A stretch of 64,000 nt of DNA from Candidatus Latescibacterota bacterium (GTDB lineage Bacteria > Latescibacterota > UBA2968): NCBI GenBank assembly GCA_965204375.1, contig OZ241986.1:2208001-2272000 (forward strand), written 5' to 3'. Under the pieces are notes generated by a model that was given only the letters and a program-made list of their open reading frames with translations, searched no databases and had not been told where the DNA came from. Shown here piece after piece: positions 10,027-21,772 of this stretch (positions within the stretch are counted from its first letter, which is position 1; each line of letters opens with the position of its first letter). A program made the translations under genes and the position numbers.

Positions 10027-10065
10027 AAAAAAAAGAGCGGCAGGTTGCAAAAACCCACCGCTCTT
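10027..10065 (-). terminator. Probable terminator after the RNAP-like gene
   Basis: AAGAGCGG..CCGCTCTT stem followed on minus by a T-run. Confidence 0.6.
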
Positions 10066-10068
10066 AAG

Positions 10069-13262
<3,194 letters not shown>

Positions 13263-13289
13263 TCATTAAAGGGGAGAATAAATACAATT

Positions 13290-15086
13290 CTAACTCTCCC
13301 GCATTTCAAAGAACCTCTCATCATACTGGGCTTTATACATTTCGGAAAATAGCCCACGTTGATCGATGAGTTGTGAGACCGTGCCTTCCTCTACAAGTTC
13401 ACCATTTTTACCAACCACCAGGATTCGATCAGCATCGAGTATTGTTGACAAGCGATGTGCGATAACCAGCGTGGTCTTCCCCTTTCTCAATTGCTCCAAT
13501 GCTGTTTTTACACTTGCCTCTGTAAGTGCATCCAAAGATGCTGTCCCCTCATCTATCAACAGCACATTTGGCCTTCGGACAAATGCACGCGCAATCGCGA
13601 TTCTTTGCCGCTCGCCGCCCGACAGAGATTGCCCATTTTCTCCAACAATTGTCTCGTATTGATCCGGGAATTCCAAAATATCACGATGTATTTGCGCCTG
13701 CCCTGAAGCCTTTGTCATTACATCATAAGTCGCACCATTGGGTTCCATTGGGTATAGAATATTTCTTCCAATAGTTGTATTCCAGAGAAACGGATCTTGC
13801 GGGATAAGACATAGATGGTCCCGCACGTACTCAGGAGGCAGCTTAGAAAGCTCAAGTTCACCAAGCAGGATCTTTCCTGAATCAGGTTCGTAGAATCGCA
13901 GAAGCAAATCAAAAATTGTGCTCTTTCCCCCCCCGCTGGGACCGACGATACCAATGAACTCCCCTTCCTTTATTTCAAAAGTCATGTTCCTGATTGCGAA
14001 TCCGCGATTGTATCCAAATGAGACGTTCTTAAAAGCAATATGCACCCTCCTATCGGCATCAAGTACCGCACCAGGTCGATCAGCAATTGTCTCCTCCCTT
14101 CTCATCTTCAGCACATCATTGAGCTTGTCAAAAGAAATCTTGACTCTATGTAGATCTACATAGACAGAGAAAGCACCTTTTAGAGCGGCATACGCTCTGG
14201 GGACGTACGCCATAAATGCAACCAATGTCCCTATCGACATACTGCCATTCATGATTCCGAATGCCCCAAAACCGAAAAGAATCCCGATAACGACGCTATT
14301 TATAACCTCATTGGGAAAGGCAACAACAATGTGATGAAAAGCAATCGTTTTGAGCTTCAGGGTCTTGTGCTGTCGCAGCCAATCTTGCCAGAAGCGTCTT
14401 TCTCGAGATTCGCCGGAAAGAGATCGCACTGTCTTTATGCCAGCAAATGTCTCCTGGAGAAATCTGTTTCCCCTCTCTACGTGATCTGAAAAAGGTCTAT
14501 CCAGGGCTTCGGACTTTCTGGTAAGCTTCCGGGTGATTGCAAATGTAACCGGAACTGCAACCATTGCGACAGCGGTCAGCCTGTAATCCATCCAGAGCAT
14601 CATTCCCAAAATCCCGAGCAGATTTATCCCGCTATGTGCGAGTGGCAAGACACGTTGAGAGATAAACATCTCACCTATTTTCGCTGACTCAATATTTATC
14701 CGATAACTGAGGTCAGCGGTCGGTATCCCTTGTATATCCTCAACTCTTGATCTGATAACGTGCTCAAAAGCAGACTTCCTTAATCCTCTTGACACCTGTT
14801 CCCCAATCCAGACACGGAGATACTCATGCCCATAAGTTATGGCCAAGCCCAAAAGTGGGATCAGTACGACCCCCAAAATGCAATAGACACTGAGTTGCAT
14901 ATCTCTATCTGGAATCGCTTGATCAATCAGGATCCTATAGATGACGGGAACAAACAGAGCGGGCACCACAGCGATTAGCATTGTTAAGAGAGTCAAAACT
15001 ACGCGCCACTTTTTTTCTAAGAGCTTCGCCAGAACAATCTTCCCTGTGTCTGTAGCTAAGTAATATGAGAGTCCTGTTGTTAGCAT
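13290..15086 (-). CDS. ABC exporter, fused permease/ATPase (MsbA-like)
   Basis: TM domain plus Walker A GPSGGGKS, LSGGERQ, LLIDE, IAHRLST. Confidence 0.93.
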   Translation of the reverse strand: MLTTGLSYYLATDTGKIVLAKLLEKKWRVVLTLLTMLIAVVPALFVPVIYRILIDQAIPDRDMQLSVYCILGVVLIPLLGLAITYGHEYLRVWIGEQVSRGLRKSAFEHVIRSRVEDIQGIPTADLSYRINIESAKIGEMFISQRVLPLAHSGINLLGILGMMLWMDYRLTAVAMVAVPVTFAITRKLTRKSEALDRPFSDHVERGNRFLQETFAGIKTVRSLSGESRERRFWQDWLRQHKTLKLKTIAFHHIVVAFPNEVINSVVIGILFGFGAFGIMNGSMSIGTLVAFMAYVPRAYAALKGAFSVYVDLHRVKISFDKLNDVLKMRREETIADRPGAVLDADRRVHIAFKNVSFGYNRGFAIRNMTFEIKEGEFIGIVGPSGGGKSTIFDLLLRFYEPDSGKILLGELELSKLPPEYVRDHLCLIPQDPFLWNTTIGRNILYPMEPNGATYDVMTKASGQAQIHRDILEFPDQYETIVGENGQSLSGGERQRIAIARAFVRRPNVLLIDEGTASLDALTEASVKTALEQLRKGKTTLVIAHRLSTILDADRILVVGKNGELVEEGTVSQLIDQRGLFSEMYKAQYDERFFEMRES

Positions 15087-15117
15087 AATCCCTCCGTAAA
15101 AGACAATACACTCGTCT

Positions 15118-15182
15118 GTAAACTGGTCTGAGGATGATATACAACGGGTCGTTTCTCAGACCCGTTCAACGACCAGTTTTAC
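15118..15182. repeat. Nested palindromic REP/MITE-like element
   Basis: Outer AAACTGGTC..GACCAGTTT, inner AACGGGTC..GACCCGTT; related core at 45414-45437. Confidence 0.6.
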
Positions 15183-15772
15183 CCTCTCCCATACCTCCGA
15201 CCCCATGCCTCTGCGAGTTGCTTGCGCGCGTGGAACAGCCGCGATTTTACTGTCCCCTCTGGAATCGCCAGCCGTTCGGCAACCTCTCGAAGCGCCACTT
15301 CATCTTCGTACACCATCTGAAACACCTCGCGCTTTTCCTCTGGCAACGCATCGATTAACGCCTGCAAAATGCGCCGTTGTTCAGCGCGTTCCAACTGCAC
15401 ATCGGGTCCCAGTGCAGCCCGATCGATCATCCACCCCGGAACGGGTTGTTCTTCATCCTCCTCATCGTAAAGCGAAGGCATTTCCAGAGGCTGTTCGCGG
15501 CGGCGACTTTGGCTTCGCAATTGATTCAGCGACAGATTTCTCGCAATCCGAAACAGCCATCCCCGAAAAGACCCTTGCCCCGACCATTGATCGGCCCGAT
15601 TCCAAACTCTGAGAAAAACCTCCTGTGTCAAATCATCTGCTGCGACCGGATCGCGCGTCACCCAGCGCATACTCTCGGTCACCTGTGCCTGATAGCGCGC
15701 AAACAGAATCGCAAAAGCCTCTTGATCCCGCGCCACAATTCGCTGCATCAAAATCGCGTCCGATGGTGTCAA
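15179..15772 (-). CDS. ECF (group 4) RNA polymerase sigma factor
   Basis: Region 2 ADDLTQEVFLRVW/FRGWLFRIARN, region 4 EVAERLAIPEGTVKSRLFHAR; TTG start 7 nt after AGGAGG. Confidence 0.93.
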   Translation of the reverse strand: MTPSDAILMQRIVARDQEAFAILFARYQAQVTESMRWVTRDPVAADDLTQEVFLRVWNRADQWSGQGSFRGWLFRIARNLSLNQLRSQSRRREQPLEMPSLYDEEDEEQPVPGWMIDRAALGPDVQLERAEQRRILQALIDALPEEKREVFQMVYEDEVALREVAERLAIPEGTVKSRLFHARKQLAEAWGRRYGRG

Positions 15773-15792
15773 AAAATATCCTCCTGTGGGAA

Positions 15793-15820
15793 TCGACACC
15801 GCCCAATGTCCGAAGGTTCA
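15793..15820 (-). promoter_or_regulatory. Candidate ECF-type autoregulatory promoter
   Basis: TGAAC-N18-GTCGA just upstream of the sigma RBS. Confidence 0.45.
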
Positions 15821-15849
15821 AAAAAAAACGCAGCCCTTCAGGACTGCGC
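15820..15849 (-). terminator. Intrinsic terminator
   Basis: GCGCAGTCC-TGAA-GGGCTGCGT followed by a T-run on minus. Confidence 0.8.
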
Positions 15850-15877
15850 TTCATTTACGGACCACACTGCTTGCCTT

Positions 15878-16825
15878 TCACCCATCATCCTCAGGCTGAT
15901 CTGGCAACAAAAAGACTCCCTTGAAAGGGCTGAAAGACACCTCCTCTAAAAAATCCACTTCATCCTCAAATTCTCGTCGAATCGCCACGCGGTCCTCTGC
16001 ATCTTCAACACTGGCCTCAAGCTGTCGATCCACCAGTTCAAACACCTTGGCGCGCACCTCCTCCTTCATCTGACCCTCTTCAAAGCACCTCTGGCGAAAT
16101 GCCTCAATCTGTACATCCGATGGCAAAAGCGATTCCATATCTAATGCCAGTGCAAGAATGAGATTTCGCAGCAACCCGTCATACGTGCGCGCTTCAACGG
16201 CTATTTCTACCTCGGTCAGCGCAGCTTTGGGGATCGACCGCAAAAACGCAAGTCGCCTGAACGCAACTTGATAAGCCGCATAATCGCGCTTTGGATCGAC
16301 CAACTGGGATTCATCTTCCTCGTCATCCTGGGGACGCATCCACGTCTCTGGCACCGCGGTTGCCCAGCGGGATATCGCGCGGTATTCAGACTGCAAAAAT
16401 TTCACTTCGGGACGCAGCAACATCGCCCGACACATCTGTGCCATTTCTTGCAATCGGAAAAATGCGATCTCATAACCGCGTTTTCGGCATGCTTCAAAAT
16501 CTCCTTGCGCGATAATTTCCACAGCCCGGTTCAAATCGCTTTCCGCACGCGCCTCCAAACCGATATCCATAGAAATCAGCGCCTGCCGCACCCCGTGTTC
16601 CAAATTCTCACGCCTGATTGCAATACCCGACCGGTAGCGCTTGCCATAGTGCAAACCCTGCAAGCGCAAAAAACCCAAAAGTGCGTCTCCAATATTGGAC
16701 GGCAGCTTTTCAAAGCGCGTCCCCAATTCAATGGTCTGCCCCACAAAGCTCTCGGAATCAATGCGAAACCGACTCAAATCCAGCGTAGCGAGTGGATTTT
16801 GCACAGAACGCTGTTCACTGTTCAT
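15878..16825 (-). CDS. Hypothetical protein, DUF6178 C-terminal-like
   Basis: Long ORF overlapping the upstream gene; MDIGLEA..DLNRAVEII..FEACRKRG resembles DUF6178 from memory. Confidence 0.55.
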   Translation of the reverse strand: MNSEQRSVQNPLATLDLSRFRIDSESFVGQTIELGTRFEKLPSNIGDALLGFLRLQGLHYGKRYRSGIAIRRENLEHGVRQALISMDIGLEARAESDLNRAVEIIAQGDFEACRKRGYEIAFFRLQEMAQMCRAMLLRPEVKFLQSEYRAISRWATAVPETWMRPQDDEEDESQLVDPKRDYAAYQVAFRRLAFLRSIPKAALTEVEIAVEARTYDGLLRNLILALALDMESLLPSDVQIEAFRQRCFEEGQMKEEVRAKVFELVDRQLEASVEDAEDRVAIRREFEDEVDFLEEVSFSPFKGVFLLPDQPEDDG

Positions 16826-17747
16826 CGTTCCTCCTCTCCCAAGCCCCGCGAATGACGGACCGCATCAAATCGGCATCCGCATCGAAAAGTGCATCCAGAA
16901 CACCCCCAACAACGGGATCCTCTATTATCGTACTCGGCATTTCACCCACAGCAGCACCTTCGGAAAAGAGTTGGTGCCGGTAAACCGACGCGCCCGCAGC
17001 CCCCACGACCTCATTCATGCGCATATCCTTCACATAAGGAATCAGAGCTTCTTCGAGCAACCCGGGATCCACACTGTTCAGCAACTCGGCACACTTATTG
17101 GTGTCCCCCAGCATAGATAGTGCCCTGAGCCATTCAAACGATACTTTTGACCGGACCTCCGCACTGTCCATAGGTTCCAAAGTATCTTCCACAGTGCGTC
17201 GAAAAGTACCCGGCGTCATAGCGCGTATCAAATGCGCATTAAAACCCTCCCGCTCCGGGTCATAATCGATCAGCCCCGTCAACATCTCTGTAGGCAAATG
17301 CGCCACCACATCTGTTGAATAGCCCGGATTGCCATCTTCATCCATACCCGTTATCGACAGCATATTCTCTGGATCTTCATCCAGAACAACGAGCGCGGCC
17401 TGCGCTTCAACTGTCAAAGTCTGCACCAGTGCCCTGGCATCTTCTTTTTTTCCTTCGCGAAGCAGATCGCGTATCTGGCTGCTCCGCTCGGCCAATTCCA
17501 TAAACCCAGTTGACCATTTACCGACGACCAATCGGTCTTCACGAACCTCGATAGGCTTCACTTCGGGTTCTTCTACCTCGGTACTCATCAAATGAGATTT
17601 GAAACGAATCTTCCCCCTTTCTACTTTGTCCTTACACGTCACGCACAGGCGCGTATAGGGAACGGCCTTGAGGCGTTCTTCAGAAATAACCGCCTCGCAA
17701 ATGACACACCTCACCCCCGTCCCGCCATCGAGCGGCTGTTGTGCCAT
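16815..17747 (-). CDS. DksA/TraR C4 zinc-finger protein with a long unknown C-terminal region
   Basis: CVICEAVISEERLKAVPYTRLCVTCK; GGAGGG RBS before ATG 17747. Confidence 0.8.
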   Translation of the reverse strand: MAQQPLDGGTGVRCVICEAVISEERLKAVPYTRLCVTCKDKVERGKIRFKSHLMSTEVEEPEVKPIEVREDRLVVGKWSTGFMELAERSSQIRDLLREGKKEDARALVQTLTVEAQAALVVLDEDPENMLSITGMDEDGNPGYSTDVVAHLPTEMLTGLIDYDPEREGFNAHLIRAMTPGTFRRTVEDTLEPMDSAEVRSKVSFEWLRALSMLGDTNKCAELLNSVDPGLLEEALIPYVKDMRMNEVVGAAGASVYRHQLFSEGAAVGEMPSTIIEDPVVGGVLDALFDADADLMRSVIRGAWERRNDEQ

Positions 17748-17880
17748 ATTGCCCTCCATTGGAGTTTTGAGAACCCTCCGCACACATTGCGGAGACGACA
17801 GAATTACAGCGGAGATAAATTTAATCGAATAGATACCAAAAGTCAATCCTTAACTTACTATTTATCAAATATTTACAAAC

Positions 17881-17960
17881 TTGACAAACAAGGCAAATTT
17901 TGTTATATTAATACCGTCGCCGAAGAGATTGCATCCGATCCCTTCGGCGTTTTTTATTTT
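17881..17960 (+). promoter_or_regulatory. Near-consensus sigma70 promoter followed by a hairpin and T-tract (possible sRNA)
   Basis: TTGACA-17-TATATT with extended TG; CGCCGAAG..CTTCGGCG then TTTTTT. Confidence 0.55.
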
Positions 17961-18074
17961 TCATTGCGCGAACAATCAAAGGCCCGATTCAAAAATCCTG
18001 AACCGAGCCTTTGATTGTATTGGGGCACTTGATGTAGATTGTAAATGAAAATGGTTAGAATTGTGCCTATCGTT

Positions 18075-18206
18075 TTAACCATTCTTATCTTTTTCAGGCG
18101 ATTCCTTTTGTGGTTTTGGCGGTAGCGGTTGTGGTCTTGGTGGTGGCGGTGGAGGTTTTCGTCCTGGTGGCCGGGCTGGCCTGGAATAGTTTTTAGGCTG
18201 TTGCAT
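18075..18206 (-). CDS. Small proline-rich peptide (43 aa)
   Basis: MQQPKNYSRPARPPGRKPPPPPPRPQPLPPKPQKESPEKDKNG; GGAG 7 nt upstream; overlaps the end of the SLATT-like gene. Confidence 0.55.
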   Translation of the reverse strand: MQQPKNYSRPARPPGRKPPPPPPRPQPLPPKPQKESPEKDKNG

Positions 18207-18714
18207 ATTTGTGCTCCATAACACTATCTGCATCGTCTCTACATCTCTCATTTAATTTTTTATCTTCTGGAATATCCGCATAACCTGCACCACTCGTCAC
18301 ATTTGTAATTCTCCGATCTAATTGTCTGCTTCTGTGTATAGCCTCTTCATTGGTTATTGTTGCATTGTCAATGTTGCGCCATAAATCGTGGCAATCATCT
18401 TCTAAGTCACCACACTGAAGACTAATCGCATGTAGGATTGCAGCTTTTCTACCATAATCAGAAACCATATCCCACACGATAATTACAGCAATGCCCCCCC
18501 CGGATATAAGCTGAGCTATTGGAGGAAGTGCATCTAAGAATGCGGCAATACCACTGGTTGCCGCGGCAAAAAGCAGAACGCGAACAATTTTGTAGTTACG
18601 CTTATAGCGGTCAGAAAGAGCCGCGTAATATCGCACGAGCCGCGCAACATCCAATAGACAATACCAGACATCGTTTCGCACTTGATCAGAAACCATGTCG
18701 TCACCTCCTATCAA
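18193..18714 (-). CDS. SLATT-like two-TM protein
   Basis: RYY..LSDRY, two hydrophobic helices with ATSG, then DYGRKAAILH helical tail. Confidence 0.6.
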   Translation of the reverse strand: MIGGDDMVSDQVRNDVWYCLLDVARLVRYYAALSDRYKRNYKIVRVLLFAAATSGIAAFLDALPPIAQLISGGGIAVIIVWDMVSDYGRKAAILHAISLQCGDLEDDCHDLWRNIDNATITNEEAIHRSRQLDRRITNVTSGAGYADIPEDKKLNERCRDDADSVMEHKYATA

Positions 18715-18784
18715 AATCTATCACTGTCGATTTTTTGTAAGTTAAACGGATAAACATACCGTTGTCAAGTGTATCACCTATTTT

Positions 18785-19048
18785 TTATTCTGCATCTATA
18801 CCCAAAATCAGAACAGGTATATCTATATCTGAAACACCTCTGTTTTCTAAATCCCAGACAAACTGTTCAAAATACGATACACCTGTTGACATTTCATCGG
18901 CAAACTGTTTAATCGGCACGATCTCCACACCCATATCTATGATCCCTAAATTGCTAAATATCGTCATTTTAGCACATCCACTGTACACCATAAAAGCATA
19001 TTTGCCGAACTGAACTTCAATACCCAACTCCTCTTTAATGAAATCCAT
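18785..19048 (-). CDS. Hypothetical protein
   Basis: 87-aa ORF with GGAGG upstream, in an AT-rich islet. Confidence 0.45.
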   Translation of the reverse strand: MDFIKEELGIEVQFGKYAFMVYSGCAKMTIFSNLGIIDMGVEIVPIKQFADEMSTGVSYFEQFVWDLENRGVSDIDIPVLILGIDAE

Positions 19049-19162
19049 CTCAATTATTTATTCCTCCATTCGATAGGCACAGGTCTGGCCTTATCTGTGG
19101 ATAATGCTAATTGTTCCATCACAGACTCCTAACGTATAATTTTTTTGATTAATTCCAGTTTC

Positions 19163-20017
19163 CTATCGGAACAACATACTGATATCCAGTGCCTTCACCG
19201 AATGCGTAAGCACCCCCACTGAAATAAGATCCACGCCTGTTTCTGCAATTGCCCGCACGCTATCTAAAGACACATTGCCCGAGGCTTCCAACTCGGGTTT
19301 TTTGCCTTTTAATTCTCGTACCTTTTGCACGGCTTCGCGCATCTCATCCAGGCTCATATTGTCCAACATCACGCGATCCGCACCCAAAACGAGAACCTCA
19401 TCGAGTTCTGATAGCGTTTCCACCTCCACCTCCACGGGCACTTCTCGGCCTTCAAAATCCATTCCTTTCCACACCGAAAGCAGTGCTGGCCCAATACCAT
19501 CCGCTGCCTCAATGTGATTCTCCTTCATCAGCACCATATCGAACAACCCGACCCGATGGTTCACACCACCACCCGCAACAACGGCATATTTATCCAGTAA
19601 TCGCAATCCCGGCGCGGTCTTGCGCGTATCCAGAATCCGCGTCTGTGTCCCTTTTACCGCCTCTACAAACTGCGCCGTCATCGTTGCAATACCCGACATA
19701 CGCTGCAAAAAATTCAACGCAACGCGCTCACCTGTCAACAGCCCACGCGCGGGACCAGAAGCCTCAGCCAAAACATCGCCATCCGCAACGCGCGCGCCAT
19801 CTTCAACTTGAGCCTCAAATACAATTGCTTCATCTACCGCTTCAAATACCCATTGCGCCACATCCAATCCCGCAATCACACCACCTGCTCGTGCAATAAT
19901 TTTTGCCTTCGCCTGCTTTGTCAACGGCACAGTCCACTTTGTCGTAATATCCCCATCCCCCACATCTTCTATCAGTGCCCGCTCAATCACTGGCATAATA
20001 TCTTCTTTATTTGACAT
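19163..20017 (-). CDS. nadC: Nicotinate-nucleotide diphosphorylase (carboxylating)
   Basis: ALIEDVGDGDITT, ERVALNFLQRMSGIAT, DTRKTAPGLR, MLDNM, EASGN. Confidence 0.97.
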   Translation of the reverse strand: MSNKEDIMPVIERALIEDVGDGDITTKWTVPLTKQAKAKIIARAGGVIAGLDVAQWVFEAVDEAIVFEAQVEDGARVADGDVLAEASGPARGLLTGERVALNFLQRMSGIATMTAQFVEAVKGTQTRILDTRKTAPGLRLLDKYAVVAGGGVNHRVGLFDMVLMKENHIEAADGIGPALLSVWKGMDFEGREVPVEVEVETLSELDEVLVLGADRVMLDNMSLDEMREAVQKVRELKGKKPELEASGNVSLDSVRAIAETGVDLISVGVLTHSVKALDISMLFR

Positions 20018-20018
20018 C

Positions 20019-20603
20019 TTAAAAATCCTCTGGAATCTCAAACACCACCCCATCCCTCTTTTTATCGTAAAAAATGATCTTTATATCTATGGATTCCGCT
20101 AAATCTGCCTTGGAGTGATAGGTGCTGGGCTTGATAGAATACGCTTCTCCTCCGACAAAACCATCTATACCCTGAGACTCTTCGTAAGGTTCTGCCAAAC
20201 GGTAATCGCAGCCTTTCATCTCGGCCAGTCTTTTCAGAATTGCCTCCTGGAATCTGAGTCCAGTGAAGGTCTTGACAAGAACCAGATCCTCTACCCAAGA
20301 TCTCACCAAATCCCGGTCAATTTTGGGAAACACCACGCTGAAGTTCTCTATCATTGAAATTATTTTATCTGTCGCATTATCTATCGCATCGGGATATTGC
20401 TCTTGATACCACATAACCCATTCTTCAAAAGTTTGTCCCGGAAACTCCTGAATCAGATCGCTCATTTGTCCGACAACTCTTGACCGCGTACCCTGTGAAT
20501 TTTGATTTGCGAGATTCATCAATTGGGTCGTGTACTTTGGAAATTCGCGAGCAGGTGCATTCACGTATTCCTGAATCTCAGCATTTTTTAATTTAATTTC
20601 CAT
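20019..20603 (-). CDS. MjaI-family type II restriction endonuclease
   Basis: FPKYTTQLMNLANQNSQGTR..VVGQMSDLIQEF, GIDG..SIKP; next to an MTase. Confidence 0.8.
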   Translation of the reverse strand: MEIKLKNAEIQEYVNAPAREFPKYTTQLMNLANQNSQGTRSRVVGQMSDLIQEFPGQTFEEWVMWYQEQYPDAIDNATDKIISMIENFSVVFPKIDRDLVRSWVEDLVLVKTFTGLRFQEAILKRLAEMKGCDYRLAEPYEESQGIDGFVGGEAYSIKPSTYHSKADLAESIDIKIIFYDKKRDGVVFEIPEDF

Positions 20604-20628
20604 CCATAATCCTTTGTGCGATATCGGA

Positions 20629-21765
20629 TCATTGTGTATTTAACAGATCGAGTTGCGTTTCACTTTTGTCCTGGGATTCTATGGTCATTTCGTTCCAACT
20701 TCGGTCATAATCTATATCCTGAGGTTCCGCGAAATATGTGACCTCAAAGATATTGTCATCAGACTCTCGCACCTCATTTAAGCCATTCAACAAAATGGAC
20801 TGTTCCTGGCTCGTCACCACGGGGCATCCATAATGCTTGTTCGTATATTTCAACGGTCCTGATGTCTGGATTCGATCTTCGACAAATTCAAAATGCCTCC
20901 TCAACCTATCGCGCAAATAATCATTTGAAAAATCGACAATCTGTCGCGCCATCGGGCAAATTGTACTATGAAAACTTTTATCAATTTCAACGCCAACACT
21001 ATTGCGCCCCGACGTCATCGCAGCAGCAATTGTAGTACCCGTACCCAAAAATGGATCGAAAATCACATCCCCTTTCACAGAGTACATATTGACCAGACGA
21101 TAGGCCAAATCATAGGGAAACGCGGCACTCCTCAAACGCGATAACTCATCGGAAAGCCTCTGCCCTGTCCCCTTAATATCCATCCAGACATCCGAATACC
21201 AGATATTTCTTTCCTCCCAAAACAAAGCGCTCTCGCGCCTGTTCTGTTTTTCGCATTCCGTCTTAAATTCCCTTTTAGACCCCTTTCGCAAAATCAAAAT
21301 ATACTCGTGTTCCAGAGTTACATAAGCACCTGCAGGCAACATCCCCGACCCCATAAATTTATTGGGCGCATTGGTTTGTTTTCGCCAGAGAATATCGGGA
21401 AGTGCTGAAAACCCGATATCTAAGAGATAATTCAATATCCGCGCGTGATTTGGATACAAACAAAAATCACCATTTACTTTCCGCGTCGCATCGCCAATAT
21501 TGATACAGGCAAATCGACCATCTTTTAACACCCTGAACATCTCATCCCATACAGAATCGAGAACTTTGTGCATCAACTCATGAGCCAGCTTGCCATCCCC
21601 AGTTTTTAATGCCTTTTCGATCTCCAAATTCTGGCTACCAAATACATCATCCCACATGCCAATCATGGGATACGGCGGCGATGTCACCACCAGATCGACA
21701 CTCTCTGAAGGGATGTCCTTTAAGTTTCGCGCATCCTGATAAAATATTTGATGGATCGTTTTCAT
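20629..21765 (-). CDS. Site-specific DNA methyltransferase (beta class, probably m4C)
   Basis: VTSPPY precedes DPFLGTGTT. Confidence 0.9.
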   Translation of the reverse strand: MKTIHQIFYQDARNLKDIPSESVDLVVTSPPYPMIGMWDDVFGSQNLEIEKALKTGDGKLAHELMHKVLDSVWDEMFRVLKDGRFACINIGDATRKVNGDFCLYPNHARILNYLLDIGFSALPDILWRKQTNAPNKFMGSGMLPAGAYVTLEHEYILILRKGSKREFKTECEKQNRRESALFWEERNIWYSDVWMDIKGTGQRLSDELSRLRSAAFPYDLAYRLVNMYSVKGDVIFDPFLGTGTTIAAAMTSGRNSVGVEIDKSFHSTICPMARQIVDFSNDYLRDRLRRHFEFVEDRIQTSGPLKYTNKHYGCPVVTSQEQSILLNGLNEVRESDDNIFEVTYFAEPQDIDYDRSWNEMTIESQDKSETQLDLLNTQ

Positions 21766-21772
21766 AGATCTT

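Noticed and set aside
15118-15182. Integron attC site
   Set aside because: No RYYYAAC/GTTRRRY ends, no integrase and no cassette array
17592-18014. 140-aa plus-strand ORF
   Set aside because: Overlaps the DksA-like gene antisense and spans promoters and hairpins; no recognisable motif
20019-20603. Assigning CTAG specificity to the REase
   Set aside because: Family membership does not fix specificity, and CTAG is scarce in most bacteria, so depletion is uninformative
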